Below, piece after piece: positions 9,970 to 19,606 of a DNA stretch of 64,000 nt (within the stretch, counting starts at the first letter, position 1; each line of letters begins with the position of its first letter). The position numbers were made by a program, and so were the translations under genes. The stretch spans positions 180,770-244,769 of the forward strand of contig CBEUCH010000004.1 in the NCBI GenBank assembly GCA_965541585.1, in the 5' to 3' direction. The notes below the pieces were generated by a model. The model ran no database searches. It was given only the letters and a program-made list of their open reading frames with translations, and was not told where the DNA came from. Source of the DNA: an uncultured bacterium. GTDB taxonomy: Bacteria; Zixibacteria; MSB-5A5; UBA10806.

Positions 9970-11448
9970 ATGATAAAAAAGCTGACATTCATAATCGCGG
10001 CAATGCTTTTCGCTTCCGCTCATGCCCAGTGGACCGAGCCGGTAAGGATTTCTCATGGGCTTGGATTATTGGGACCTCAGGCTGTAGCCGTTGGGGATAC
10101 GCTACACGTTGTGGCCAGCGGGACGACAGACATCTATTATTTAAAATCGTCGGATAATGGGCAAACCTGGACAGATCCGACTATTCCGATACCCGATTCA
10201 TTTTATGGCTCTCAAATGCCTTATATTTCTTATTCTAACGGCTATCTTCATCTAATTTGGAAAGCATATTTCGACGGGTCAAGAAACCAAATCTGTCATA
10301 TGAAAAGCTCTGACGGCGGTGTTTCCTGGAGTCAACCTCGACGGTTATTCGATAACGAGAGTAGTTTTTTAAAATATCCACGTATTGCCATAAAAGGAGA
10401 CTCACTATTTGCGAGTTGTGTCATTTCATCAAAACTATTGACCTTTGCGAGCTTCGATAACGGTGAAACCTGGGAGGATTCTGTTGAGGTAGAAAATGGC
10501 CCGGTATCTTTCGACCATCCTCCCTGTATCCTATACTCGCAAGGCAGGAATCACCTCGTTTATCAGGTCGATGAAAGTTTTGACACTCTGGGGATCGAGA
10601 TATGCTACAGATACAGCGACGATTATGGACAAACCTGGTCGGATAGACAATATTTATCGACACCGGAACATCATAACCAGGGTAAGGACGCGCAAGGTCC
10701 GTCTGCCTACGCCGATTCGGCAGGGAATATAATGGCTTTGTGGTTTGACTATGAGTACGGGAGCGAGTGCGGGGTTACGGGTGATATTCTCGGAAGGATA
10801 AGCCGGGATAATGGTGAGACTTGGCTGCCCGTTACCAGACTTACGTACACGCAAACGGGATCGCGATCAACTTGTTTGGTATTAAACAATAGGCTCTATG
10901 CTATTTGGCAGGACGATTATTGGCTCGGTTGTATGGACCATAAACTAACTTATTCAGAATCTGTCGATTGGGGAGTTGGATGGAGTGATCCTGAGATAAT
11001 CTCGGGACCTATGGAGCTGGATGAGTATGAGCCTTTTCTTCTATATAATGAAAGCCTCGGCGATATGATTCTTCATTGTGTCTACAGGAGAAAATTGCAG
11101 GAGGGTAACCGCGATTTGTATTACATCAGAAGCCAGGAATTCACCGAGATCAGAGGAGAAACCGGCACCCTATTACCTGAAAATCTAATTCTACGTACTT
11201 ATCCCAATCCATTCAATTCAACTGTGACAATTGACTACAAAAACCAAGAGGGAGGTGATATTGAAATCGAGATATACAATCTACTCGGGCAGAGAATCAA
11301 TTCGTTCACAACCGAGGGGGCAAAGGAGGGAAGAATAGTATGGGACGCCCGGAATGCCCTGGGAAATAGAGTCTCATCGGGGATCTATTTCGCCAGGGCA
11401 AGAGCCTCTCGGAATTCCAGCATCATAAAACTATTATATTTGAAGTAA
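9970..11448 (+). CDS. Secreted BNR/Asp-box (sialidase-like) beta-propeller protein with C-terminal sorting domain
   Basis: Signal peptide (..ASAHA-QW); repeated SxDxGxTW Asp boxes; C-terminal TYPNPFNS...IYNLLGQ...SSGIYF domain. Confidence 0.85.
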   Translation: MIKKLTFIIAAMLFASAHAQWTEPVRISHGLGLLGPQAVAVGDTLHVVASGTTDIYYLKSSDNGQTWTDPTIPIPDSFYGSQMPYISYSNGYLHLIWKAYFDGSRNQICHMKSSDGGVSWSQPRRLFDNESSFLKYPRIAIKGDSLFASCVISSKLLTFASFDNGETWEDSVEVENGPVSFDHPPCILYSQGRNHLVYQVDESFDTLGIEICYRYSDDYGQTWSDRQYLSTPEHHNQGKDAQGPSAYADSAGNIMALWFDYEYGSECGVTGDILGRISRDNGETWLPVTRLTYTQTGSRSTCLVLNNRLYAIWQDDYWLGCMDHKLTYSESVDWGVGWSDPEIISGPMELDEYEPFLLYNESLGDMILHCVYRRKLQEGNRDLYYIRSQEFTEIRGETGTLLPENLILRTYPNPFNSTVTIDYKNQEGGDIEIEIYNLLGQRINSFTTEGAKEGRIVWDARNALGNRVSSGIYFARARASRNSSIIKLLYLK

Positions 11449-11462
11449 TAATAATCATGTTT

Positions 11463-11489
11463 GTAGGGGCGAGGTTACCTCGCCCCTAC
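11463..11489. repeat. GTAG-type REP palindrome
   Basis: GTAGGGGCGAGG-TTA-CCTCGCCCCTAC, perfect 12-bp stem. Confidence 0.8.
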
Positions 11490-11525
11490 TGAATAGGCGG
11501 TCATAACGAGTTATGACACGCAGGT

Positions 11526-11594
11526 AAATGGAAACTCGATCTTATCGAAAACCATAATCCGGATTGGAACGATTTATACTACGAGTTGCTGTGA
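11526..11594 (+). pseudogene. C-terminal remnant of a small GIY-YIG (UPF0213-like) nuclease gene
   Basis: Reads KWKLDLIENHNPDWNDLYYELL*, resembling the 'WK..LIE..NP.W.DL' tail of this family; no 5' part present. Confidence 0.65.
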
Positions 11595-11596
11595 TT

Positions 11597-11625
11597 CTGG
11601 ATTCCCGATCGGGGTCGGGAATGAC
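11597..11625. repeat. Palindromic repeat of the CTGGATTCCCG...CGGGAATGAC class
   Basis: ATTCCCGATC-GG-GGTCGGGAAT hairpin directly after the GIY-YIG remnant. Confidence 0.6.
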
Positions 11626-11655
11626 AATATTCTGGAATTGTCCGTGGCGCTAAAA

Positions 11656-11681
11656 GTAGGCCAAATCCCCCGGGATTTGAC
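11656..11681. repeat. GTAG-type REP palindrome
   Basis: GTAG-GCCAAATCCC-CC-GGGATTTGAC; the 3' half recurs at 26451-26460. Confidence 0.65.
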
Positions 11682-11783
11682 TAATTACCAATCAATATCC
11701 GGGGAATCCAGATCCGCTTTACCATGCTGTTATCACAATTACCGATTTACATCCGCTCATCAATCTGATATTTTCATAGGGTC

Positions 11784-12668
11784 ATGAAAACCGCTGTGAT
11801 CTTCAATCCCGTCGGCGGCCGGGGGCGTTCGCTGGATATTCTGCCGAAGGTCCTGGCCTGGGCCGAAAAGCAGAATGTTCCGTTCGAATTTTTCACGACT
11901 ACCCGCCCCGGCGATGGCGTCAGGTTAGCTAAACTGTGCAAATACCGGCGGTTCGAACAGGTGGTGGTGGTCAGCGGCGATGGCACAATAAACGAGGTGG
12001 GCTCGGTTCTCAAAGGCACCGAAATCGTTATGGGAGTCATCCCCGGCGGCTCCGGAAACGACTTCTATAAGATGCTCGGCAACAACGACCATCCGGAGAA
12101 TGGGTTCAAGACCGCCTTTTTCGGTGCTCCTCATGAAGTCGATGTCGGCCTGGTCAACGATCGCCCCTTCTTTAATACGGTGGGTATCGGTTTCGATGCC
12201 GACGTGGCGCAGCGGGCCAACCGTTCGACCGGCATGCCCGGTATGCTCGTATACCTGGCGGCTGTCTTCCAGTCATGGAGAAATCTAAAGCCTCTGGAGC
12301 TTGAAATAGAACTCGACAAGCACAAATTTACTGCGAAAGTTACACTTGTCTGTATCGGGAACGGGCGAAGCTCCGGCGGCGGATTTTACTTAACCCCGCA
12401 GGCGTATTTCGATGACGGTCTATTCGATATCTGCCTGATCGAGGCCATGCCCAGAAGCAAAATAGTCACCTACCTTCCCCGAACACTGAACGGATCGCAT
12501 ATCCGGCTGCCGGGAGTCAGAATGTACAGAAGCAGAAAAATAGTTATAAGCTCGTATCAGAAATTCCCGGTGCATATCGACGGTGAATCGCTGGCGGCGC
12601 CGATCGACCTGGCGGAGTTCACTATGGAATCAAGAAAATTGAAAGTGGCAGTCGCCGGACAAATTTGA
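11784..12668 (+). CDS. Diacylglycerol kinase-family lipid kinase (YegS/DagK-like)
   Basis: NPVGG, SGDGTINEV, IPGGSGNDF and HIDGE motifs. Confidence 0.92.
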   Translation: MKTAVIFNPVGGRGRSLDILPKVLAWAEKQNVPFEFFTTTRPGDGVRLAKLCKYRRFEQVVVVSGDGTINEVGSVLKGTEIVMGVIPGGSGNDFYKMLGNNDHPENGFKTAFFGAPHEVDVGLVNDRPFFNTVGIGFDADVAQRANRSTGMPGMLVYLAAVFQSWRNLKPLELEIELDKHKFTAKVTLVCIGNGRSSGGGFYLTPQAYFDDGLFDICLIEAMPRSKIVTYLPRTLNGSHIRLPGVRMYRSRKIVISSYQKFPVHIDGESLAAPIDLAEFTMESRKLKVAVAGQI

Positions 12669-13174
12669 TGACTAAACCGATCCGGCAGATAACTCTTTCA
12701 GCTATGCTGATCTTGGCGATCGTCCCTCGAGGGTATTGCCAGGCGCCGGACTCGGTGAAGATACGAAAAGTAAATCCCACCGGTGCCCTCTTGAGATCGG
12801 CAGTCGTTCCCGGGTGGGGCCAATTATATAATAGAAAGTATATCAAGGCAGTCATTTTCGCAGGCGGCCAGGGCTGGCTGGCATACGGGATCTATGATGA
12901 CTGGAAAGAGGCCAACCGCCACGAGAAGAATTTCAAAGGGGCCGCCGATGATCCTTTATACCAGGCGGCGGAGTTCGATAAATTCGAGCACGCTCGCGAC
13001 AGCCGCAACCTGAAAATGTGGATTATGGCTGCGGCTATCTTTTATTCCATGTTCGACGCCTATGTCGATGCCCAACTATCCGATTTCGAGCAGACTGATA
13101 AATCATTCGAGGTCTATATTGGCCCGGGTGAAATGAACGATTTTGAAGTATCGTTAACGTTTCATATAAAATGA
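12665..13174 (+). CDS. DUF5683-type membrane protein
   Basis: ALLRSAVVPGWGQLYNRKY and FDAYVDAQL motifs. Confidence 0.75.
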   Translation: MMTKPIRQITLSAMLILAIVPRGYCQAPDSVKIRKVNPTGALLRSAVVPGWGQLYNRKYIKAVIFAGGQGWLAYGIYDDWKEANRHEKNFKGAADDPLYQAAEFDKFEHARDSRNLKMWIMAAAIFYSMFDAYVDAQLSDFEQTDKSFEVYIGPGEMNDFEVSLTFHIK

Positions 13175-13764
13175 ACATTTTAGGCATTTCAGGAAGCCCC
13201 ACAGGCGGGTCATCAACAGATATACTGGTTAATACTATCCTCGAGGGCGCAACGGCCAATCATGTTAAAACGAGGTTTGTTCGTCTAAACGATAAAAATA
13301 TCCTGCCGTGCCAGTCCTGCGGTAAAAGCCCCGAACCCGATTACTGTTTCTTCCACGACGATATGGACGAACTTTACGGCCTGATGGAGAAATCCGAAGC
13401 GATAATACTGGGTTCGCCGATCTATTTCGATTCGGTATCGGCTCAAACGAAGCTGTTTATTGATCGCACCAACTGCCTGCGACCGATCGATTTTTCGATT
13501 GAAGATAAGACCGTATTCAAAAAACCGCTGTTTGCAGGAAAGAAAGGCGGAATAGTAATCGTGGGCGGTGAGCAGGGAAGTTTCGATACCACCCTCCGAA
13601 CCGCCAGGGGTTTTTTCCTCTGGGCCGGAATGGAAATCGTCTTCGAATTGAAATATATCGCCTCGGGCCTCCGCGCGGGCGGCGCCAGAAATGACGATGC
13701 TATTCTAAAAAAGGCACGTGAATGCGGAGAAAAGCTCCTGGCTGCGATTAAGAGCAAGAAGTGA
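13171..13764 (+). CDS. Iron-sulfur flavoprotein / flavodoxin family protein
   Basis: ILGISGSP, PCQSCG...C..DDM and GSPIYF...KLFIDR motifs. Confidence 0.88.
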   Translation: MNILGISGSPTGGSSTDILVNTILEGATANHVKTRFVRLNDKNILPCQSCGKSPEPDYCFFHDDMDELYGLMEKSEAIILGSPIYFDSVSAQTKLFIDRTNCLRPIDFSIEDKTVFKKPLFAGKKGGIVIVGGEQGSFDTTLRTARGFFLWAGMEIVFELKYIASGLRAGGARNDDAILKKARECGEKLLAAIKSKK

Positions 13765-13786
13765 TGCTATGTTGATATCATAGTCC

Positions 13787-14806
13787 TTAATCGGACGACG
13801 AGCGTTTCTGAAGTTTTTCGATATACTCTCTGGTTTTCTTATAAGTCTTTTTTTGTCTTTTGGCGACCTCTTCGGAGACATTATATGACATCAACTCTTC
13901 AAATTCACGTTTCGCCAGCTCATTTTTCCCCATTCCGAACAGGCAAACACCCCTGCGATAACGGCAGAAGATGAGGTTATAGAAATTCTGCTCGCCTGCT
14001 TGTATAAGTGATTCGATCAACTCACCGTAGTATCTCTCCGTAAAGCTGAGATTTCCCATGCGCCAATAGGCGCCGCCCAGTATCCAGAGCGATGCACGGC
14101 CGCCGGATGTCTCCTCGTAAAGCTGTCGGCCAACCCTGATGGCTTCGGAAAACAGCTTCTTGTGAATAAGTGCCCAGGCAAGACCGAGCGCCGCGGGTTT
14201 TCTCGAAAATAGTGAGCTGTCAACAGCAAGTTTAAGCTCCTCCAATCCCTTTTCCCTGTTGTCCGGTAAAAAAGGGATATACTTGCCGAGCTTTGCGGAG
14301 GACCAGTAATGATAATTGCCCATCCCGGTATAAGCATCGTATAAAGTGGAGTCTATTTTCAAAGTTTTTGCGAACTTGCCCTTGGCCTTTAGCCCTTCGA
14401 TGAACGATTTCAGCCAGCTTTTTTGCTGGCCATGCCAGGTGGCTTTATAGCCGTATGCCGAACCCAGAAAGAAGTATCCCCAGGGATCATCAGGGTTTTC
14501 CTTCGTCCAATCTTTCAGAGCATCTATGGATGAATCAACATGGCCCAGGAACGTCTCGCTCCGGCCATACTCTTCGGTGTCTAACATCTCGGCATGCAGA
14601 ATACCGGCATAAAGCAGATTATAAATCGGTTGCCCCGGAATTGTATCGTTCAATTGATCACAACTGCCATAAGCGTGCTGGAAACGGTCGGTAAAAACAT
14701 AGTCGACCGTTTCGGATAATATTACCAATTGTTCCCGGGACGGTCTTAACGTGGCCGACCAGCAGGAGGCCGTAAGCCACATCCATAAAGAAAGGATTCG
14801 TATCAT
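13787..14806 (-). CDS. Secreted TPR-like protein
   Basis: Signal peptide; helical repeats; paralog of the adjacent ORF (DAYTGMGNYHYW vs DIYFGFGTYDYW). Confidence 0.75.
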   Translation of the reverse strand: MIRILSLWMWLTASCWSATLRPSREQLVILSETVDYVFTDRFQHAYGSCDQLNDTIPGQPIYNLLYAGILHAEMLDTEEYGRSETFLGHVDSSIDALKDWTKENPDDPWGYFFLGSAYGYKATWHGQQKSWLKSFIEGLKAKGKFAKTLKIDSTLYDAYTGMGNYHYWSSAKLGKYIPFLPDNREKGLEELKLAVDSSLFSRKPAALGLAWALIHKKLFSEAIRVGRQLYEETSGGRASLWILGGAYWRMGNLSFTERYYGELIESLIQAGEQNFYNLIFCRYRRGVCLFGMGKNELAKREFEELMSYNVSEEVAKRQKKTYKKTREYIEKLQKRSSSD

Positions 14807-15852
14807 TCCTGGGCTGCAAGCATTTTTTGCTGTACAGAACGCAGCAAAGGCCCGACTTTCTTAAGCGCCTCCTCGATATCTTTCCTGCCGGACAGGCTCT
14901 CCGCCATAAGGGAGGCTGTCAGAAGTTGATCAATGGCATTCCGGTAATTTCCCAGTTCAGATTGACATAACCCTATAAAATAGCGGCTTTCCATTTCACC
15001 GGCCGGGTCGTGATGGGGAGATCTTAAGTATACCGAGAGAATTGTCTCAAACGATTCCAGGGCTTCATTGAACCGGCCGAGTTTCATATAAGCCTGGCCC
15101 ACCCAGAATAGCGAAAATGGATCCTGTGGATTGAATTGTCGAACCTCATTTTCCCAATGGTCCAGTACTTTATCGTATTTCCCATAGTCGAAATATATCC
15201 TCATTAAGGCGTATCGGCCCTCGTGCGATGAAAACTTTCCTCCCCGGATTGCTTTCCAGGTCTCCTCGATGCCTTGATTCCTCTTATCTGAGAAGAACGG
15301 TAACCACCACAGGATTTTGGTTTTGGCGCTTCGCCAATAATCATAGGTTCCAAATCCGAAATAGATATCCATATACGAACTGTCCGCTTCAAGTGCTTTT
15401 CCCAGAAGACTTCGGCCCTTTAGGCCATCCTTAAACGCGCCCCACCAGTCGCCATCAAACGATCTGAATATCCCTCTGTAACCGACAGCTCCGCCGTAAT
15501 AGAACAGATCCTCCGCAGTGGCCTGCCCGCTTTTTTCCTTTTGCTCTCCTATTTCGATAGCCCTGTCCACATGTTCATTGAAATCATTTTTATATGAAAA
15601 ATTCCTGTAATCCGAGGTCAGGTTGGAATAAGCTGCCGCCACGAAAAAATAGCCGCGGGGCGATGTTGGATCGGCCTTGACGACCTCTCCAAAAATGGCC
15701 AAAGCGGAGTCAAAATTCTCTGCATGGACTTGCATAATGGCAGCCCAGATCAGGCTATCGACAGGATCGTAGATGTAGCCGGGATTGTAACCCGGCTGGC
15801 AAAAAGTGGTTGGGCAAAAAAGTAAAATCATGGCGCAGGTTCGCACAATCAT
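14803..15852 (-). CDS. Secreted TPR-like protein
   Basis: Signal peptide; TPR-like helices; 4-bp overlap with the downstream paralog. Confidence 0.75.
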   Translation of the reverse strand: MIVRTCAMILLFCPTTFCQPGYNPGYIYDPVDSLIWAAIMQVHAENFDSALAIFGEVVKADPTSPRGYFFVAAAYSNLTSDYRNFSYKNDFNEHVDRAIEIGEQKEKSGQATAEDLFYYGGAVGYRGIFRSFDGDWWGAFKDGLKGRSLLGKALEADSSYMDIYFGFGTYDYWRSAKTKILWWLPFFSDKRNQGIEETWKAIRGGKFSSHEGRYALMRIYFDYGKYDKVLDHWENEVRQFNPQDPFSLFWVGQAYMKLGRFNEALESFETILSVYLRSPHHDPAGEMESRYFIGLCQSELGNYRNAIDQLLTASLMAESLSGRKDIEEALKKVGPLLRSVQQKMLAAQE

Positions 15853-15993
15853 AAGCTTGAAATAAAGCCGCTGTTCAGCTTTTGTGCAAGCGATTTTAAT
15901 TGAATCAAACAGTTAAATTCTATGGTGAAAATGACGAATAATATCATGACGGAGTTAATGAACATCCGTTTTAAAGATAAAGGGGAAGCAACT

Positions 15994-17310
15994 ATGGCCA
16001 ACATCCTTGTGGTTGACGATCAAAAAACATTGCGAAAAAACCTCGCCTTTTACCTTAAGAGCCAGGGACTTGACGTTGATACTGCGGGGTCGGGAGAAGA
16101 AGCCTTAGAGAAAATCAGAACCACTTCCTTCGATATTATAATCTCCGATTACAAGATGGGCAAAATGACCGGGCACGATTTAATGAAACATGTCAAGCGA
16201 ATCTGCCCTTCATCGGCCTTCATTATGATAACCGCCTTCGGCAATATACCTCTGGCTGTCGAGGTGATTCGCGAGGGAGCGGCCGATTTTATACCGAAAC
16301 CGTTCGAATACGTTTCAATCCTCCAGAGGATCGAAAGTCTTCTGGCGCATGTCGAATCGTTCGATGGCCCCGACGAGGAAGATCAGTGGCAGATGATCAC
16401 GCATTCGCAAAAAATGAAGGATATACAGGATCTCGCTCTTAAGGCCGCAACTTCGGACATCACTGTCTTGATACAGGGCGAATACGGCGGAGGCAAACGG
16501 TTATTCGCCAAGGTTATTCACAGCATGAGCAGTAGATCACGCTGTGATTTCGTTACTGTGGAATGTTCCAACAGTTCGGAGACCGCTCTTGAACGTGAGA
16601 TTTTCGGCACGGACGATCCCGGTGAGCCCGGCGCCATGCATTTAGCCAATGGCGGCACTCTATTTTTCAGAGATATCGATAAGCTCTATCCCAACCTCCA
16701 ATTGAGGCTGCAGCGCTTTCTCAATGAGGGGACTTACCTTCCGGCAAATAGCTCCACTGCCAGAAAGTCGGATATCCGCATAATCGCCTCAGCGACAGAT
16801 GGCCTCGATAAGCTGATCGATATCGGATCCTTCCGAAAGGATTTGTATTACCAGCTCAATATTATGCCGGTTTATATACCACCTCTGAGATCGAGGATTT
16901 CCGATCTGGAACCGCTCATCGATCATTTCATTGCGAAATACAATGCAAAGCTCAGTAAGAATATTTCTGGAATATCATCCGACGCCATGTCCTGGATGGA
17001 GAGTTACAATTGGCCGGGAAACGTGCAGGAGCTTGAGAATATACTCTCCCGCGCCTGCGCCCTGGCGACCGGTGGAACTCTCGATGAATCGCTGATCTTT
17101 ACATTGCCGCAGGATAGGCCTGCGGAAGATGAGCCGGCAGGTTATCTCAATATGACGCTCAAAGATAATCAAAAAACTCTAATCCTCAAGGCCCTCAAGC
17201 AGAACAATAATAACTACTCCAGAACTGCCACCCAGCTGGGAATATCCCGAACTACTCTCTGGAGGCGGATGAAGAAATTCAAGATCGAGGGGATTCAGGT
17301 AGAAAAATAG
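15994..17310 (+). CDS. NtrC/NtrX-like response regulator (REC, degenerate AAA+, Fis HTH)
   Basis: REC (ILVVDD..SD..MITAFG..KP); AAA+ ending YNWPGNVQELEN; HTH TATQLGISRTTLWRRMK; GAFTGA absent. Confidence 0.88.
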   Translation: MANILVVDDQKTLRKNLAFYLKSQGLDVDTAGSGEEALEKIRTTSFDIIISDYKMGKMTGHDLMKHVKRICPSSAFIMITAFGNIPLAVEVIREGAADFIPKPFEYVSILQRIESLLAHVESFDGPDEEDQWQMITHSQKMKDIQDLALKAATSDITVLIQGEYGGGKRLFAKVIHSMSSRSRCDFVTVECSNSSETALEREIFGTDDPGEPGAMHLANGGTLFFRDIDKLYPNLQLRLQRFLNEGTYLPANSSTARKSDIRIIASATDGLDKLIDIGSFRKDLYYQLNIMPVYIPPLRSRISDLEPLIDHFIAKYNAKLSKNISGISSDAMSWMESYNWPGNVQELENILSRACALATGGTLDESLIFTLPQDRPAEDEPAGYLNMTLKDNQKTLILKALKQNNNNYSRTATQLGISRTTLWRRMKKFKIEGIQVEK

Positions 17311-17340
17311 CGTCATAAATAATAGAGCAAGACTATGATC

Positions 17341-17369
17341 GGGGGAGCTTCATTGTGCTCCCCTTTTTT
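17341..17369 (+). terminator. Intrinsic terminator
   Basis: GGGGAGC-TTCATTGT-GCTCCCC followed by T-run. Confidence 0.7.
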
Positions 17370-17469
17370 ATATCTGCCCATCATCTTCGAGGGCACTTTC
17401 GACCATCGTCCGACACAGCCCGTTTTTCCGGATTGACAGCAGATTCGACACCAGCTAAAATTCCCATAC

Positions 17470-18927
17470 ATGTCATTCCGTCGCAAAATATTATTCGTCA
17501 TTTTTGCAGTCGGTCTCCTGCCCGCTATGGGGATTCTGGCTTTCTCAGCCATCCTTCTGAATTCCACCGTGAACCGAGTTGGCGCATCCGGTCTTGAAAG
17601 CAGTTTTCGTTCCGTCACATCTCTAATCGACGAATCAGAGGCGGCTACGGCGTCAATACTGAGAACTGTTCTTGAGCAGAGAATCCCCTGGGATGATAAA
17701 GACAGGTTGAGAGCATGGATGGAGCGCAATCGGATCGATATAGCTTTCAGCACGGATGCCGGGGAGTCCATCTGGGCCGTCGCAGATACCATAAAGATCG
17801 ATTCGTCGTCGATTCAGATTAAATTGCCGGAATCGCCCGGATCTAAACATCTGAAACTTGGAGAGAATCTATTTCTATCCTATTGCCTGGGGGACTCCTC
17901 CCGGCTTATCGGATGTGGTATCCTGATGCCGCCCGGCTATGAGAAGGGGGGCAGAATACTGGCCGACGCGGTATCGGCATCGGCCAGCCTCGGTCTTTAT
18001 AAGAGTTTCTCCCTCAAATTGCTCGGCGTGATCACCGTTGCCGTTATCGTTTTTGCATTGCTGGCGGGGCTGGGAATTTCGACAATTCTGAGCAGCCACC
18101 TGGTGAGACCCCTTGAGAAGCTAATAGTCGGTGCGCGCAGGATAGGAGCCGGCGATCTCAATTACAGGGTCGAGCTTGCCGGCACGGATGAATTCTCCAG
18201 ATTGGCAGAGTCTTTTAATTCAATGGCCCTGGAGATTAAAGAAAATCAGCAAAATCTGTTGGAGGCCGAGAGGCTGGCGGCCTGGCGCCAGGTGGCCCGG
18301 CGGATTGCGCATGAGATCCGCAATCCACTGACACCTATAACGGTCGAGCTTTATCGCCTTCAGGATATGCTGGTCAAAAAGGAGGCCCCTCCATCAGAGG
18401 AAAGCACAAAATCTATAACAGCCATTCGTGCTCAGATTCAAGAGTTGCAGGATCTTTCCGGTCAGTTTTCGACCTTCGCCAAGGAGCCGGAGTTACGGTT
18501 GGTCAGATGCAATATCAAAGATATTATCGATAACGCCGTCTCGCTGTACAGCCATGCTGAGAATGCGCGTATAAACATCACGATTCCAGATGACATCCCT
18601 CAATTGCAGCTCGATCCGCAGATGATGGCGCGGGTTTTCGGCAATCTGATAAAGAATTCTATGGAGGCATCGCCCGACGGTGTAGTGATCGATATTTCTG
18701 TTAAACAAAAAGGCGATAAGGTGGAGGTGATGATTCGCGACGATGGCCCCGGTTTCCCGACGGAGAAATTAGAGAAAATCGACCAGCCTTATATAACGAC
18801 CAAAACAAGCGGAACGGGGCTGGGCCTCGCCATCGTGAAAAAAATCGTCGAAGAGCATGGAGGGGAAATCCGGTTCTACAATGACGGCGGGGCAGTGGCG
18901 GAGTTTACGTTACCGATTATCATGTAG
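17470..18927 (+). CDS. HAMP-domain sensor histidine kinase (NtrY-like)
   Basis: Two TMs, HAMP, AWRQVARRIAHEIRNPLTPI H-box, NLIKN, DDGPG and GTGLGL motifs. Confidence 0.92.
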   Translation: MSFRRKILFVIFAVGLLPAMGILAFSAILLNSTVNRVGASGLESSFRSVTSLIDESEAATASILRTVLEQRIPWDDKDRLRAWMERNRIDIAFSTDAGESIWAVADTIKIDSSSIQIKLPESPGSKHLKLGENLFLSYCLGDSSRLIGCGILMPPGYEKGGRILADAVSASASLGLYKSFSLKLLGVITVAVIVFALLAGLGISTILSSHLVRPLEKLIVGARRIGAGDLNYRVELAGTDEFSRLAESFNSMALEIKENQQNLLEAERLAAWRQVARRIAHEIRNPLTPITVELYRLQDMLVKKEAPPSEESTKSITAIRAQIQELQDLSGQFSTFAKEPELRLVRCNIKDIIDNAVSLYSHAENARINITIPDDIPQLQLDPQMMARVFGNLIKNSMEASPDGVVIDISVKQKGDKVEVMIRDDGPGFPTEKLEKIDQPYITTKTSGTGLGLAIVKKIVEEHGGEIRFYNDGGAVAEFTLPIIM

Positions 18928-18948
18928 GGGCTTATTGCCATAAGCCCT
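18924..18948. repeat. GTAG-type REP overlapping the kinase stop codon
   Basis: GTAG-GGGCTTAT-TGCC-ATAAGCCCT; TAG 18925-18927 is the stop. Confidence 0.6.
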
Positions 18949-19057
18949 CGAGATTCGTTGAGAAAGGCATAGCCGAAAAAACAGGAAAATTCCTTGAGAA
19001 TATATGCTTGAACCCACAAAATAACATCGAATAAAACCGGTTTAATGGAGGGAACAG

Positions 19058-19474
19058 ATGAACTGGAAACAATTCGTTATCGCCGTAATTGTATGCTTTG
19101 TGGCGCTGGGTGTGATGGATTTTGTCATCAACGTGGTGATACTGGGGGATGCCTACGAACCGCTGATGGGCACAGTATTCCGAACCGAAGCTGATATGAA
19201 TTCGAAGATGTGGGCTTTTTATCTGGGAGAATTCATTTTCGTCCTTTTGTTCGTCTGCGTTTACACCTACGGCGTTAAGGGCAAAGGAATTATGGAGGGG
19301 CTCCGTTACGGTCTGTATATCGGTTTGATGCTCTGGGTGATGTCGTCGCTGTCGATGTGGGCCATGTTTCCGGTATCGGCCTGGCTGGCATGGATGTGGG
19401 TGATTTTCGGCCTGATCGAGATGATTATATTAGGTCTGATCGTCGGCGCCATATATAAGACCGCGAAGGTATAG
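19058..19474 (+). CDS. Hypothetical 4-TM membrane protein
   Basis: Strong GGAGG RBS; four hydrophobic helices. Confidence 0.75.
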   Translation: MNWKQFVIAVIVCFVALGVMDFVINVVILGDAYEPLMGTVFRTEADMNSKMWAFYLGEFIFVLLFVCVYTYGVKGKGIMEGLRYGLYIGLMLWVMSSLSMWAMFPVSAWLAWMWVIFGLIEMIILGLIVGAIYKTAKV

Positions 19475-19488
19475 AGACTACATTTCAT

Positions 19489-19568
19489 GTGGCGTCAGGC
19501 CATACGGCTCGTCCTACGGATCCCTACGGGCCGTATGGCCGTAGGATAGAGTGGCCCCACCTGGCGCC
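19489..19568. repeat. Nested palindromic REP-like element
   Basis: Outer GGCGTCAGG/CCTGGCGCC arms and inner GGCCATACGGC/GCCGTATGGCC arms between convergent genes. Confidence 0.55.
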
Positions 19569-19606
19569 TTGCTTTTAACAAGGACCCCGCACGTAATAAA
19601 TTAATC

